Source of the DNA: a virus | Lineage: Duplodnaviria > Caudoviricetes | Strand: one strand, 5' to 3' | Length of the DNA stretch: 64,000 bases | IMG/VR virus record: IMGVR_UViG_3300025016_000004 | Shown: piece after piece, positions 29,278-39,812 of the stretch | Layout: every line of letters starts with the position of its first letter | Numbering within the stretch: the first letter of the stretch is position 1 | Made by a program: the position numbers and the translations under genes | Notes under the pieces: model-generated | What the model saw: only the letters and a program-made list of their open reading frames with translations | Told to the model about the DNA's origin: nothing | The model's database searches: none

Positions 29278-29395
29278 GTATTGTTAATCACGTTATATAA
29301 GTAAATATATGAAATCTAAAAAAAACGTCAAGTTTTTTTAAAAAAATAATCTATTTATTATATGTCTCTTGGCTTAGAAATAAGGTTTTTAAAGC

Positions 29396-29560
29396 TTAAT
29401 AAGTTTTGGTAAAATTATCACACCCAACGTGATTTCCATTAATAAAGAAAAATTTACAACGTATTTTTTTTACGTTATTATCCGCTTTATTGAAAGTATT
29501 ACAATATTGCTTAATGGGGCAATCTTTGTTAGTACATTTTATATTATCCTTTTCTTTCAT
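29396..29560 (-). CDS. 54-aa Cys-rich protein; not in the ORF track
   Basis: MKEKDNIKCTNKDCPIKQYCNTFNKADNNVKKIRCKFFFINGNHVGCDNFTKTY. Confidence 0.45.
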   Translation of the reverse strand: MKEKDNIKCTNKDCPIKQYCNTFNKADNNVKKIRCKFFFINGNHVGCDNFTKTY

Positions 29561-30965
29561 CTACTTGGCTAGTAATGTCAAAACTAATTATATTTTTAGT
29601 TGTGGTCACTTCGTAGCTTGATGTTGCTTTAACATCTAAGTAGTATCTATTTGGAACAAGACTTGCAGTATCCAATAGGAAATAATTATAATTGAAGGCT
29701 AATTCAACTGGTGTGTAATCAATTACAGTATATTCAGCTTTACCTTCCTTAACATATAATCTATATTCTAAAGAATCTAAAACCTCTTGTTGATTAACAG
29801 TATACGGAATTCTAGCCATAACCCTAACCTTTCTAATATCACCTCTATTAATTTTTTCACCATCTTTTATTCCTGATACATTAAATGTGTAATTTTTAGG
29901 TATTGACGAATCTGACCCTATTTTATAGTATTCGTCAGCTGATTTCAATTCAAATTCTAATTCAGCGTTTGGTCTGGTAACGCCATTGATGGTAATTCCA
30001 CTCCAAATATCTTCGTATAATACACATCCTACTGGTGTAGTTGGTACCAATAATTGAATTGAGTATACACCTTTGGTTTCATGAGTAATATCAGCACCCG
30101 TAAATGCAGAAACTACATCACCTAAATTATCTAATATTGTAACACCCATACCTGACATAGAATCAACATTGGTTGGGACGCCACCGACATTAACATATAG
30201 GTATAATTTATTAAGCTTATCTAAATAAAAATTACCTCTGTTATCAAGAATGGTATTATTATATCTAGATTCTACATAAGGTTCGTAAAAAGTTTGTGTA
30301 TGTCTGGTAAAGAAACCAACATATTTTAAATTGTCTTCAATAGCGTTTTCAAGTGCATCATCAAATGCTAAACCTAAACCATAATTTGTATCACCAGTTA
30401 AATATCCATTTACGATATCTGTAATGTCCATCTCAAGATTTTCATTACCATCTGCGAAGTGTTGTGTTACCAATGTAACTCCTGATGTTGCGCCAGTATA
30501 CACACCGCTACCACTTGGCCAGTTGGTACCAGTTTGAGCGTCAATCCAATTGGATGGTGCATCACTTAAAACAGTTGCATTAGAAGATGTGAAGTATTTT
30601 TGACCAGCAAAATCATAACCTATACCTTCGTCCCATTCTTGGTCAATAGCAAATAAATTTAAGTTGAAAGAACTTGTTCTATCTTTACCATCACCAGTCT
30701 CTTTACCCAATAATGAAGTATCGAAAGTGCTGGTATTGGTCATTCTAAGTGTATGGGTTAAACCAGTTAATTCTGGGTACATACCAGTATTATAAAATTC
30801 TTTTAATCTAGTAATATCAAAATGGAAGATATACCTAGTATATAGTGGGTTTTCCGTTAACCAAACCCCACCGTAAAATAGTTCGGCCACAGGGTTTTTA
30901 CCAGTGTTAACGTTTTGATTGTACACCAGTGTATTATTTTTATCAAAGTAACTTCTTACTACCAT
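29544..30965 (-). CDS. Probable virion structural protein (DNRLRE-like beta domain)
   Basis: YTRYIFHFDITRLK, FAIDQEWDEGIGYD; Thr/Gly-rich; adjacent to the gp5-like gene; ATATTTAT upstream. Confidence 0.55.
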   Translation of the reverse strand: MVVRSYFDKNNTLVYNQNVNTGKNPVAELFYGGVWLTENPLYTRYIFHFDITRLKEFYNTGMYPELTGLTHTLRMTNTSTFDTSLLGKETGDGKDRTSSFNLNLFAIDQEWDEGIGYDFAGQKYFTSSNATVLSDAPSNWIDAQTGTNWPSGSGVYTGATSGVTLVTQHFADGNENLEMDITDIVNGYLTGDTNYGLGLAFDDALENAIEDNLKYVGFFTRHTQTFYEPYVESRYNNTILDNRGNFYLDKLNKLYLYVNVGGVPTNVDSMSGMGVTILDNLGDVVSAFTGADITHETKGVYSIQLLVPTTPVGCVLYEDIWSGITINGVTRPNAELEFELKSADEYYKIGSDSSIPKNYTFNVSGIKDGEKINRGDIRKVRVMARIPYTVNQQEVLDSLEYRLYVKEGKAEYTVIDYTPVELAFNYNYFLLDTASLVPNRYYLDVKATSSYEVTTTKNIISFDITSQVDERKG

Positions 30966-30996
30966 TTCTCGCTTTTATAATAAATATCTAGTTTTT

Positions 30997-31938
30997 TTAA
31001 TTAATCTTTATATTTCTAGATAGTAATGATTCTAAGTTAAATTCCAATACTTTAGTTATATCATTAGAACCAGAAAGGTCTTGTGGTTTCATGCCTGGAT
31101 ATGGATGAACATGATTAATAAAAGCATTGATGAATAATTTCAAAAATTCCACTAAATTATCACCAAAAACCAATGGATGGGCATCTTTTATAATTTTTTG
31201 TATTTCTTTATCGGTAATCATAGAATCTTGGTCATTCAATCTAAATCTAGGGCTTCCATTCTTATGGGTTAATAAATTAATTTTATTACTAACAACATTT
31301 ACTACACCACCTAATTGATTATTTCTGGTATCATCAGATTCAGTTAAAACTACATCATGTTTAACTTGAATAAACGATGGGTTAATTGAATTAAATTTTG
31401 GTATATCTCCATTCCCTGTTGTAGAGTCAGATTGACCAGCTCTAATCAACACTTCCTTTTCTTTAAATATGATGTCAGAATTATTTCTACCTTGTATTGC
31501 TATTGTATCTAAATCTGGATATACACCTCGGTTTTCTGGTATAGTAAATGGTGCTGGTTTAGCTTGTTTAATTCCACTATTCAAAGTTGATTTTGCTGAA
31601 AATAAATCACTATCTTTTTGTAAATTTTGAGGTTGTGAAATAATAGGACCCAAATACATTCTATCAATATATGGGTTTTTCACGTCTGGTATGAAAATCA
31701 TAACCGTTTCACCTATTTTAGGTATAACATGAAAGAATTTTTGGAGCATAGGGAATGCATAGTTCAAATCACCATCTACCACAGGGTCATCTATGCCCGT
31801 TATACGTACTTTAATGCGATTTGCACCCACTTCATCATAATTTGATATAACTCTACCATAATAGAATACTGTGGTCTCTAATAGCTTACCAGAACCTTTA
31901 TTATATATACTACCACCACCGTATGCGTATTTACTCAT
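30997..31938 (-). CDS. Baseplate hub / gp5-like N-terminal OB-fold protein
   Basis: GRVISNYDEVGANRIKVRI...AFPMLQKFFHVIPKIGETVMIF; C-terminal HVHPYPG. Confidence 0.7.
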   Translation of the reverse strand: MSKYAYGGGSIYNKGSGKLLETTVFYYGRVISNYDEVGANRIKVRITGIDDPVVDGDLNYAFPMLQKFFHVIPKIGETVMIFIPDVKNPYIDRMYLGPIISQPQNLQKDSDLFSAKSTLNSGIKQAKPAPFTIPENRGVYPDLDTIAIQGRNNSDIIFKEKEVLIRAGQSDSTTGNGDIPKFNSINPSFIQVKHDVVLTESDDTRNNQLGGVVNVVSNKINLLTHKNGSPRFRLNDQDSMITDKEIQKIIKDAHPLVFGDNLVEFLKLFINAFINHVHPYPGMKPQDLSGSNDITKVLEFNLESLLSRNIKIN

Positions 31939-31943
31939 TATAT

Positions 31944-32108
31944 TTACCCTCTTTTATTTAAAATCGCTTTACCTTTGGCATATTCAGCATCTAATTTATC
32001 TAATTTATCAACCAATTGCCCAATTTGAGTTTTAATTGCTTCGTATTCTTGAAGCATTTTAAGATGATGGGCGTTTATTTCCATATTTGACATTTCTTCG
32101 TAATTCAT
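31944..32108 (-). CDS. 54-aa coiled-coil protein; not in the ORF track
   Basis: MNYEEMSNMEINAHHLKMLQEYEAIKTQIGQLVDKLDKLDAEYAKGKAILNKRG; fills the gap between flanking genes. Confidence 0.6.
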   Translation of the reverse strand: MNYEEMSNMEINAHHLKMLQEYEAIKTQIGQLVDKLDKLDAEYAKGKAILNKRG

Positions 32109-32110
32109 AA

Positions 32111-32515
32111 TTATCGTATTACACCTTCACCCACACCAACGTTTGTTGTTGCGCCTTGACTTATTACTGGCCCACCCATATTACCTAAACCAGTTGTGGT
32201 TACTTGGACTCCAGGCGGTACAACCACTTCTATTTTAGCATCAAGTTGCATAGCACTTATAATTTCTTCAATTAAAATTACGGTCATAGATTCCATAATA
32301 TTTGAATTTTGAGAGAATACATCACCAACAGGTGCTCCAGCTTCCGATTGTCTGGCTATAACCCTTGAAGCAATATTCCTTGCGCTTAACCCCGGCCTCA
32401 ATCTAGCACCAACTAATATTAATTGTGGTGGTAAACTTTCTAGTGGTGTTCTAGGTGTTGAAAATGCCGCCTTTAACGTATTGATGACGTTTGTCATTGA
32501 ACTCCTTTGTGCCAT
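32111..32515 (-). CDS. Probable baseplate-associated structural protein
   Basis: Position next to the gp5-like gene; C-terminal beta-rich VTTTGLGNMGGPV. Confidence 0.5.
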   Translation of the reverse strand: MAQRSSMTNVINTLKAAFSTPRTPLESLPPQLILVGARLRPGLSARNIASRVIARQSEAGAPVGDVFSQNSNIMESMTVILIEEIISAMQLDAKIEVVVPPGVQVTTTGLGNMGGPVISQGATTNVGVGEGVIR

Positions 32516-32518
32516 GAT

Positions 32519-33973
32519 TTAATTTATTAATCCAGATATTTGTCTAAGTACTTCACCTTTAACCCCTACTAAACTAGCTATCTGAGCTTTTTTATATTTA
32601 ACCCTTTCTATTTGAGTTTTAATTATATTATCACTTACCAAGATTTTAATTTGCTTAAGAATTTTATCCATTAATATGCCAACAACAGCATCTCTTATCG
32701 ATTGCATTACCGCTGTAATTAAACCCCTATTCTTTTTAATAAAATCTTCAGTATTTTCAAATGCTTCACCATGAATTATAGTGTGATTAACCGCTAAGAT
32801 AACAATTAACTTAGGTGATAATATCACACTCACAATTGCAGACATTAAGCTTTTTAACATTTTTTCGATAAAATTAATCTTTACGTTTAATTTATCTTTT
32901 TCATTAGCATTACTAGCTGAATCATTGGCTAAATCATCTAAACCGTTTCTAACGATAGTGGTAATAGCTTCAATCAATTGACTTGTGCTTTCTTGATTTG
33001 ATAATGGTGTTAATTGAGCGTTTAGACTACTTAAAGTATCAAATGAAACTGAAGAATCCAAATCACCACAAGTGGTTACTATAGTTTTACCTTTTCTTCT
33101 ATCTTCAGCTCTAGAATCAATTGAATTTAATTCTTCATTGGTAAAAATAAAATAGCTATCATCAATAACCATATTATCATCAGTATTGATGATTCTATCG
33201 ATTATATCTTGAATTTTTATTTCATTTTTTATTTGTTTTTTATCTTTATTTATACTTAAACTAACGGTGCCAAAAACAGATTCAATTATATTATTGATTA
33301 ATTTAGCTGAATCAAAAAGTTTGATGCTATCAATATAATCATTATTTAAATCTGGTAATTTTTTACCATTTGCGCTATCAGCATAATAAGCACTAGGTTT
33401 TATATTAAGTGTATTGTTTGGTAATTCTGGGCCTACACCTTCCTCATTAAACGTAATTTGTAGGATGTCATTACCTGTTGTTACAGCTCCCCAAGAATCT
33501 GTAGTATTACCTTGTATTGTATTGTATAAGAATGTGTTGAAATCTGTGCTATCTGATAATCCATTTGGGTCATTGTATAGTAATTGCCCAGCGGAACTAA
33601 ACGGACTAGTTTTAAACATACCTAATAGGTCTATTTTACTAAGTTCTACATCTATTCCATTATCAATGAATGATTGTGGTATTTTTGGATTCACACTACA
33701 ACTTACCATGGATTTTAAAGCTTTTTTAATTGCTTGTTTAATATCCAATTCAATTTCATTTAAATTATAAGTTAATACGTCAACCAAAGATTCTTTAAGT
33801 GATTCAAAACCAATTAATGCTTTATGTAAGTCTACTAAAAAATCTAGGCTATTTGTTTTTTGTGAAATTGATGCAATGGAGTTAGTCAATGACTGTTTAG
33901 GGTAACCTTCAGCGGAAACCCTTAATGCGGCTATTTGACCGAATACATTAGATTTTTCTCTAGTAACATCCAT
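32519..33973 (-). CDS. Probable virion structural protein
   Basis: 484-aa ORF in the baseplate cluster; no enzyme motif seen. Confidence 0.5.
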   Translation of the reverse strand: MDVTREKSNVFGQIAALRVSAEGYPKQSLTNSIASISQKTNSLDFLVDLHKALIGFESLKESLVDVLTYNLNEIELDIKQAIKKALKSMVSCSVNPKIPQSFIDNGIDVELSKIDLLGMFKTSPFSSAGQLLYNDPNGLSDSTDFNTFLYNTIQGNTTDSWGAVTTGNDILQITFNEEGVGPELPNNTLNIKPSAYYADSANGKKLPDLNNDYIDSIKLFDSAKLINNIIESVFGTVSLSINKDKKQIKNEIKIQDIIDRIINTDDNMVIDDSYFIFTNEELNSIDSRAEDRRKGKTIVTTCGDLDSSVSFDTLSSLNAQLTPLSNQESTSQLIEAITTIVRNGLDDLANDSASNANEKDKLNVKINFIEKMLKSLMSAIVSVILSPKLIVILAVNHTIIHGEAFENTEDFIKKNRGLITAVMQSIRDAVVGILMDKILKQIKILVSDNIIKTQIERVKYKKAQIASLVGVKGEVLRQISGLIN

Positions 33974-33981
33974 TATGTGGT

Positions 33982-34353
33982 TTATTCAGGTTTTTTATTT
34001 CTAGCTTCAACTAATTCTCTAACTCTTTGGAAACTATCTTTGTTGACAATTTCTGAATTATTAGAAAATGCGGCTGCAACATTACCACTATGCTTTATAA
34101 TATCACTTTGTAATTTACCAACATCTAATTTAATCTTAATTGCAGAGTCTTTAAGTTTTAATGCGTCAGTCTTAGCTTTAGCTATTTTAGTCCAATCATC
34201 AACATCTTCTGGTGTTGCTGCGGCAGAAACCTCATTAATTACCTTTTGAGCGTCTTGAATTTGGTTACATGCGTTATTATAAACTTCTTGCATCACATTT
34301 TGAAGTGAGTCATTATCGTTTATCTCTATTTGTTGTCTTTTACTTCTAGGCAT
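33982..34353 (-). CDS. Hypothetical helical protein
   Basis: CTATTTAT variant motif upstream (34370-34377). Confidence 0.55.
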   Translation of the reverse strand: MPRSKRQQIEINDNDSLQNVMQEVYNNACNQIQDAQKVINEVSAAATPEDVDDWTKIAKAKTDALKLKDSAIKIKLDVGKLQSDIIKHSGNVAAAFSNNSEIVNKDSFQRVRELVEARNKKPE

Positions 34354-34394
34354 AATAAGTCTTTTTATTATAAATAGATAGTTTTAGGCTTTTA

Positions 34395-35141
34395 TTATAA
34401 ATAACCTTCATCTATTTTCTCTTCTTTAACTATATCATATATAGTTTTATACCTACGCATTGCAACCCTAATTTCTTTAGTAACTAAATTAGTGTTTTCT
34501 CTTATGGTTGCTAAAATAACATTTTTGTTAAATTTAGAACCACCTTGTAACGATGAAAATAACATTTCCCAATTATTAAGAATATCAATTAACGCTTCAC
34601 CAACCTTTCTTTCATTATCAGTCATTTTCTTTTTACTACCCTTCCCTTCATTCTCAATCTCAACCCTAATTTCCTCAGAAATAGTATCTATTAAATCCGA
34701 TAATGTATAATCAGATTCTGGTAAAGTATAAATGAATTTTTCATCTTGGTGTATCGTTGAAATTGAGGTGTCAAAATCTAGGGCCTGATTAAGCGTTTTT
34801 GTATCTTTAATCATCAAACCTAAAATATAATGTTTACATATCGTTCCGTAATAAGAATAAGCTCTTTTACCCATAGTTGGGTCGAACTTATCGGCTTTTA
34901 ATATAAGGTATGATAAGGTATCACTGTGTAGATTATCAAATGTGTAAGTTTTTCTATATAATTTATAACGTCTAATAATAGATTCAATCATTGTATCGAA
35001 TGCACCTCTTAGATGTTCATTATATATTTTATTCCTTATTAGAGGGTCTTCCTCATTTAAAAAATCTACTACAGCTTTTTCTTGTTCTTCACCAAAATAT
35101 AAACCATTTTTTCTTTTACGACCTCTTCTTCGTTTAGCCAT
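34395..35141 (-). CDS. Phage sigma factor, T4 gp55-like (late transcription)
   Basis: LILKADKFDPTMGKRAYSYYGTICKHY resembles the sigma region 2 motif of gp55-like proteins (FDPxKxxxxxxYFT). Confidence 0.55.
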   Translation of the reverse strand: MAKRRRGRKRKNGLYFGEEQEKAVVDFLNEEDPLIRNKIYNEHLRGAFDTMIESIIRRYKLYRKTYTFDNLHSDTLSYLILKADKFDPTMGKRAYSYYGTICKHYILGLMIKDTKTLNQALDFDTSISTIHQDEKFIYTLPESDYTLSDLIDTISEEIRVEIENEGKGSKKKMTDNERKVGEALIDILNNWEMLFSSLQGGSKFNKNVILATIRENTNLVTKEIRVAMRRYKTIYDIVKEEKIDEGYL

Positions 35142-35147
35142 GAAATG

Positions 35148-35951
35148 TTAATCCTTTTTTTCGTAAAGAATTACCCTATCATTGATATGGTAACATTCTT
35201 TTTTTGCTAAAGATAACCACCATCTGGATTCATCCATAGATAGCTCTTTTTTATATGTATTGAAAAGGCTTCCTTCTCTATCGTTAACATGTTTGTAAGC
35301 CAATTTTGGGATTACTTTAACTCTGCATGGATTGTAAGTCATTCTTAATAGAAATTCATAAATAAAACTTAATTTAATACTTTCTTTAAGCCCACCATAT
35401 TCTTCATAAGCTTCTTTAAGTACCGCCATTCCATCAATGTTAAAGTTTTGGTATCTTAATAATGCTGCATTATCTAAGACACCAAGTTCATCTGAAAATT
35501 GTGAAGCCCAAACAGCTTCATTCGTAAAGTTCAAAAATTGGTCATTAGGTGTAACATCTAATATCATCGGTAAGAAGATATTTACGTTAGGGTCATCTTT
35601 TCTATATTTAATTACGTTATCAACCCATATAGTAGCTATCTCATCATCTTGTTCAAGGAAAATAAACCATTCTGTTTTAGATTCTTTAACACCTAAATTT
35701 AATTGAGCTTGAAAATTTGTGTCACCTTCATTAGCAACAACCCTAAAATTTAATGTTTTTTCAAACTCACTTTTTAATTTTAATGCTAATTTATAGTCAT
35801 CAGATTCTGCTTTAGCCACCAAAATTAATCCATCTGGTTTTACCTTTTGATTATTAACGCTAGTTACAGCCCTTCTTAAGAAAGTTTCATCAGCTTCAAA
35901 CACTGGAATAATTACACTTATTTCGTTTTTTTCTTTCATCTTATTTTTCAT
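35148..35951 (-). CDS. Glycosyltransferase family 2
   Basis: ISVIIPVFE, EWFIFLEQDD. Confidence 0.8.
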   Translation of the reverse strand: MKNKMKEKNEISVIIPVFEADETFLRRAVTSVNNQKVKPDGLILVAKAESDDYKLALKLKSEFEKTLNFRVVANEGDTNFQAQLNLGVKESKTEWFIFLEQDDEIATIWVDNVIKYRKDDPNVNIFLPMILDVTPNDQFLNFTNEAVWASQFSDELGVLDNAALLRYQNFNIDGMAVLKEAYEEYGGLKESIKLSFIYEFLLRMTYNPCRVKVIPKLAYKHVNDREGSLFNTYKKELSMDESRWWLSLAKKECYHINDRVILYEKKD

Positions 35952-37032
35952 TTTTTTCTTCTATTTGTAATAATGTTTCGAATTCAGCTTTTCTGCTAGA
36001 AACAAAATTAGTATATAACTCTTTTATTAATTCAGCTTCTTTTTCTTCAGTAAATAAATCTTTAGAGTCATTGATTCCATCAATAAATTCTTGAGGAATT
36101 GAATCTTCTAACCAAGCTCTCATAAATTCAGCAATTAAATTTGGTATCGCTAAAATATCGTTGGTCCAAATACCATTATTTTTTAATTTAATACTATTTG
36201 AAGTTGAATCTTCACTTTCCATCCATTCTGGTACCATATCAGGTATTTTACCAATTACTGGTGTGTTACATTGAATTGATTCCAATGGAAACGTACCGAA
36301 GCTAGAAATATCATCTACCCATACAGCTAAACAAGATTCACCTAATTGTTCAGCAAATGTTTTTCTAGGCAAGCCTCTTAATTCCCTAAATGTAATCCAC
36401 TTATACATTGGATATCTAAGGTAAAAAGCTTTAACTATTTTTAGAGCTGATTTTTGGTCCCTAGTTAAGATTGATATAATTGGTTTTTTTAATTTTTCAC
36501 TAGGTTTAAAATACTCTGGAATAGACGGTGCTACAATATGAGTTTTTATACTAGGAAATAAACTTTTGATATAATCAGCTTGTTTTTGACTACTTGTTAT
36601 TACATCTCTAAAACCATAATTTAAATCCCATCTTTCAGTCATTTTTAATAATTCTAAAATATAAGTATATGATTGAGATAATACTATTTTCTTACATGGA
36701 AATTCTTTTACCTGTTCCATTACGTTAGCAAAAATTTCAGGTATGATTAAATAATCAATTGCAGTTAAATTTAATTTTTGTTCTTCGATTGATACGTGAG
36801 GTAAACTTGAATAGCTTTCACCTAACCAATCACCAACACCATGGTAATCATTTTTTTCATGTAAGATACTGGCTTTGTAGCCTAAATCATTTAATATTTT
36901 TACGTGTTCGTAAATATTGGCAATCCCAGCTGTTGGATTTCCTTTAGTGTCTAGAGTAAAGAAATAAAAACCAAAATCTTTATTATCTATTTTCTCAATT
37001 AACTGTAATACTTTTTCTTGTTTACTTTCCAT
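35941..37032 (-). CDS. Glycosyltransferase, GT-B/GT4-like
   Basis: DYLIIPEIF, SFGTFPLESIQCNTPVIG. Confidence 0.7.
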   Translation of the reverse strand: MESKQEKVLQLIEKIDNKDFGFYFFTLDTKGNPTAGIANIYEHVKILNDLGYKASILHEKNDYHGVGDWLGESYSSLPHVSIEEQKLNLTAIDYLIIPEIFANVMEQVKEFPCKKIVLSQSYTYILELLKMTERWDLNYGFRDVITSSQKQADYIKSLFPSIKTHIVAPSIPEYFKPSEKLKKPIISILTRDQKSALKIVKAFYLRYPMYKWITFRELRGLPRKTFAEQLGESCLAVWVDDISSFGTFPLESIQCNTPVIGKIPDMVPEWMESEDSTSNSIKLKNNGIWTNDILAIPNLIAEFMRAWLEDSIPQEFIDGINDSKDLFTEEKEAELIKELYTNFVSSRKAEFETLLQIEEKNEK

Positions 37033-37036
37033 TTTT

Positions 37037-37387
37037 TTAATTCATTTTTTTTAATATTCCATAAGCTAATAGCGTGTTAAAGGCCAATTTAAACCTAATA
37101 CTAGTCTTATCTAAATTATTACGACCTAACATTGGGTCGTCTTCTTTTTCATCTGTCTCATCACCTAAATCAGTAATGAATTGTCTGATTAACTCAAACT
37201 TAACTCCATTAATTTCTTTATGTTTTATATGTTCTTTTGTGGTAAGCCACCTATCAGTTGTGCCATTATGATTAATTTTTTCCACCTTTTTTTTAGTTTC
37301 AACTATATCTTCTTTATCATCAAAGGCTAAAAAAACATCAAGTTCTTCAAAATCTATATAATATAAATCACCAAATATTTTAATCAT
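37037..37387 (-). CDS. Hypothetical protein
   Basis: Tightly packed ORF; no motif recognised. Confidence 0.55.
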   Translation of the reverse strand: MIKIFGDLYYIDFEELDVFLAFDDKEDIVETKKKVEKINHNGTTDRWLTTKEHIKHKEINGVKFELIRQFITDLGDETDEKEDDPMLGRNNLDKTSIRFKLAFNTLLAYGILKKMN

Positions 37388-37958
37388 TATTTATAATTTT
37401 ATTAAACATATCTTCGTCATTAACGAAGTCTAAAATGCTGTCTAATTCATAATCAGCTTCAACATTTTTGTTATAAGACGCATTTATCTTAACAGAAAAT
37501 TTACCTTCTGGTTTAGCTTCTAATGCGATTGGGTTTGCAGTAACTAAAATGTCAATACCATCCCATTTTTTGGTTGTGTCTGTTACAAACTTAATATTAT
37601 CACCAGTGAACCCTAATTTAGATAAAAAGAAGAGTGTTGAAGGTCTGCTTTTATGTGCATCCCTACTAATGATTACAATCTCATGTTCCTCATAATCATT
37701 TATATCAGCTATAAATCTATTTAAAATTGGTCCGATGTTATTATGTAACTGGTCCGCATGTGCATATATTTCCATTGGTGCCTCGCTATAAAGAAATTCA
37801 TTTAATTTTGTTTCATTTGGAAATTGGAAATATTTTAATAAATCCCATTCCTCAATTACAACATCATCTAAATCTTCATTATAGTATTTACCATAAACAT
37901 ATTTTAGTTGTCCGATGAAGTCACGTATGACCTCATTTAAGCTTATTCCTATTCTCAT
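37380..37958 (-). CDS. 5'(3')-deoxyribonucleotidase-like HAD-fold protein with degenerate motif I
   Basis: MRIGISLNEVIRDF in place of IGIDIDGV; KINASYNK at the C-terminus. Confidence 0.55.
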   Translation of the reverse strand: MRIGISLNEVIRDFIGQLKYVYGKYYNEDLDDVVIEEWDLLKYFQFPNETKLNEFLYSEAPMEIYAHADQLHNNIGPILNRFIADINDYEEHEIVIISRDAHKSRPSTLFFLSKLGFTGDNIKFVTDTTKKWDGIDILVTANPIALEAKPEGKFSVKINASYNKNVEADYELDSILDFVNDEDMFNKIINND

Positions 37959-38006
37959 ATTATTATTTTACTAATTTTTTATTGAAAGTAAACAAAAAGA
38001 TAAAAA

Positions 38007-39812
38007 TTATTTATCAGTGTCTGGTTTTTTATAATTCCTAACCATTTTAGTTATTAATGGATTTCTAACGATATCATTTTCATCAAATTCAAAGAACCCA
38101 ATTTCATCGATATTTCTATGTCTATTCATGGCATCATATAACCCCGTTTTAGTGGCATCATCATATCTATCAGATTGGTCCATATCTCCAGAAACAATAT
38201 ATTTTGAACCGTACCCGATTCTAGTTAAAAGACTTTTCATTTGAGATGGTGACATATTTTGAGCTTCCTCACCGATTAAGATTGAATTATCTAAGGTTTT
38301 ACCTCTAATAAAACCCAAAGGTTCAACCATTAATTCTTTAGAATCTTCTAATTTCCTTCTAGCATCTTCACCTATAATTTTATCAACAATGTCGATTGAT
38401 GCAGCTAAATATGGCTCTAGTTTTTCTTTTAGATTTCCAGGTAAGAATCCTAAGTTCTCTTCAGCTTCAACGGCTGGTTTAACTATTAAAATTTTATTGA
38501 ATGAATTATCTGGGTCTTGAAGTAGTTCTAAAGCTACTGCGATAGCTACGAAAGAATTATGTGTAACTATGAAGTTATCTGTAATATATAAAGAATCTTT
38601 ACTATCAATTGAGATACATTTAGCTTCTGATTGACCTATAGGTTCTATGTCAGTGATATAACGTTTTGGTATATATTTAGTTTTAGGTTTAACTAATTGT
38701 GCTTTTCTTTTTAATTTAAATGGATTAACCTCTGGTGGTAGTGATATAGTTAAGGTGTATGCTTTTTTACATAAAATTTTTTCACCATTATTATCAATAT
38801 ATGAACCTATTTTATCGTTTAACTTAAAAACACCCCCTAAACTATTAACGATAAAACAAACTCCATCAATTAAATCTTTAGATGTGTTAGTGAAAAATGT
38901 GGAAGTACCATTCTTATTTACATAACCATCGGTATCCATTAACCCTCTTAATACTTCTAATCTAACTTTTTTAGTATTAAAAAGGTATTTATCTGGTATT
39001 TTTTTATTTATTGTTGCAATATTTTTTAAGTTTAATTCATTTAAATTATTTAAAATTTCATTATTATTATTTTCACCAATAATTGAGTATTGATACTTAC
39101 CACTTTTTTTATTTATTGTGTGATAATCATTTAATCTTTCGGAAATAAGTTCTACGATTTCAGTATCTTGAGTTGTAAATGTAATTCTATTTTGCGTTAA
39201 ACCACCATCACCTAATAAACATCCTAGAACATAGGGGTCAATAAATAATTCCTTTTCTTCAAATTCAATTGATTTAACTAATGGGATTGTGTGATTTTTA
39301 TCACCTCTACTGGTATTTAAGGTTTCCATTATTTCACTCAAAGGTTTTACATGACCCTTTCTGGGTGAGTAAAATCTTTTACCACCTTTTTTTACTCTAT
39401 AATTTCTATCGTAATATGTGTCAGTTAACCATAAATGCTCATCACAACAATCTGTATAAGAACTATCATTAAAATATACCCTATAAATTTCTTTAATACC
39501 TTGAGGGTGAATTTGAATAACTTTTGTTGGTTTACCTTCAGGGGTTAAAACTTCATCACCAACTCGTATCTCACCCATAGTAGTCCAACCGTTAGGTGTA
39601 AGTATTTTAGAATACAATGGTTGTGCTTTCCCTACGCCAGCAGGCCCAGAACAAAGAACAATTTCTTTCTCTTTAATTAAATTTACAAAATCTTTTTGTT
39701 TAGTGTTTTTGCACTTTAATCTTACCTTGAGTGGTAAGATTTTATTTACAGACCTTTCCTTTGTGGTTGGTTGTGTTGGTGTACTTGTTGTACTTCTTTT
39801 ACCTTTTGCCAT
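38007..39812 (-). CDS. phoH: PhoH-family ATPase with intein
   Basis: SGPAGVGK/SF, KPAVEAEENLGFLPG, PLGFIRGKTL, EEAQN, SGDMDQSD, IVRNPLI. Confidence 0.93.
   Translation of the reverse strand: MAKGKRSTTSTPTQPTTKERSVNKILPLKVRLKCKNTKQKDFVNLIKEKEIVLCSGPAGVGKAQPLYSKILTPNGWTTMGEIRVGDEVLTPEGKPTKVIQIHPQGIKEIYRVYFNDSSYTDCCDEHLWLTDTYYDRNYRVKKGGKRFYSPRKGHVKPLSEIMETLNTSRGDKNHTIPLVKSIEFEEKELFIDPYVLGCLLGDGGLTQNRITFTTQDTEIVELISERLNDYHTINKKSGKYQYSIIGENNNNEILNNLNELNLKNIATINKKIPDKYLFNTKKVRLEVLRGLMDTDGYVNKNGTSTFFTNTSKDLIDGVCFIVNSLGGVFKLNDKIGSYIDNNGEKILCKKAYTLTISLPPEVNPFKLKRKAQLVKPKTKYIPKRYITDIEPIGQSEAKCISIDSKDSLYITDNFIVTHNSFVAIAVALELLQDPDNSFNKILIVKPAVEAEENLGFLPGNLKEKLEPYLAASIDIVDKIIGEDARRKLEDSKELMVEPLGFIRGKTLDNSILIGEEAQNMSPSQMKSLLTRIGYGSKYIVSGDMDQSDRYDDATKTGLYDAMNRHRNIDEIGFFEFDENDIVRNPLITKMVRNYKKPDTDK
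38556..39626 (-). mobile_element. Class-3 (Ala1) LAGLIDADG intein in the PhoH Walker A, 357 aa
   Basis: GPAGVGK|[14 protein letters not shown]...CDEHLW...AKCISI...IVTHN|SFVA; WCT triplet; GCLLGDG and GLMDTDG. Confidence 0.9.
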
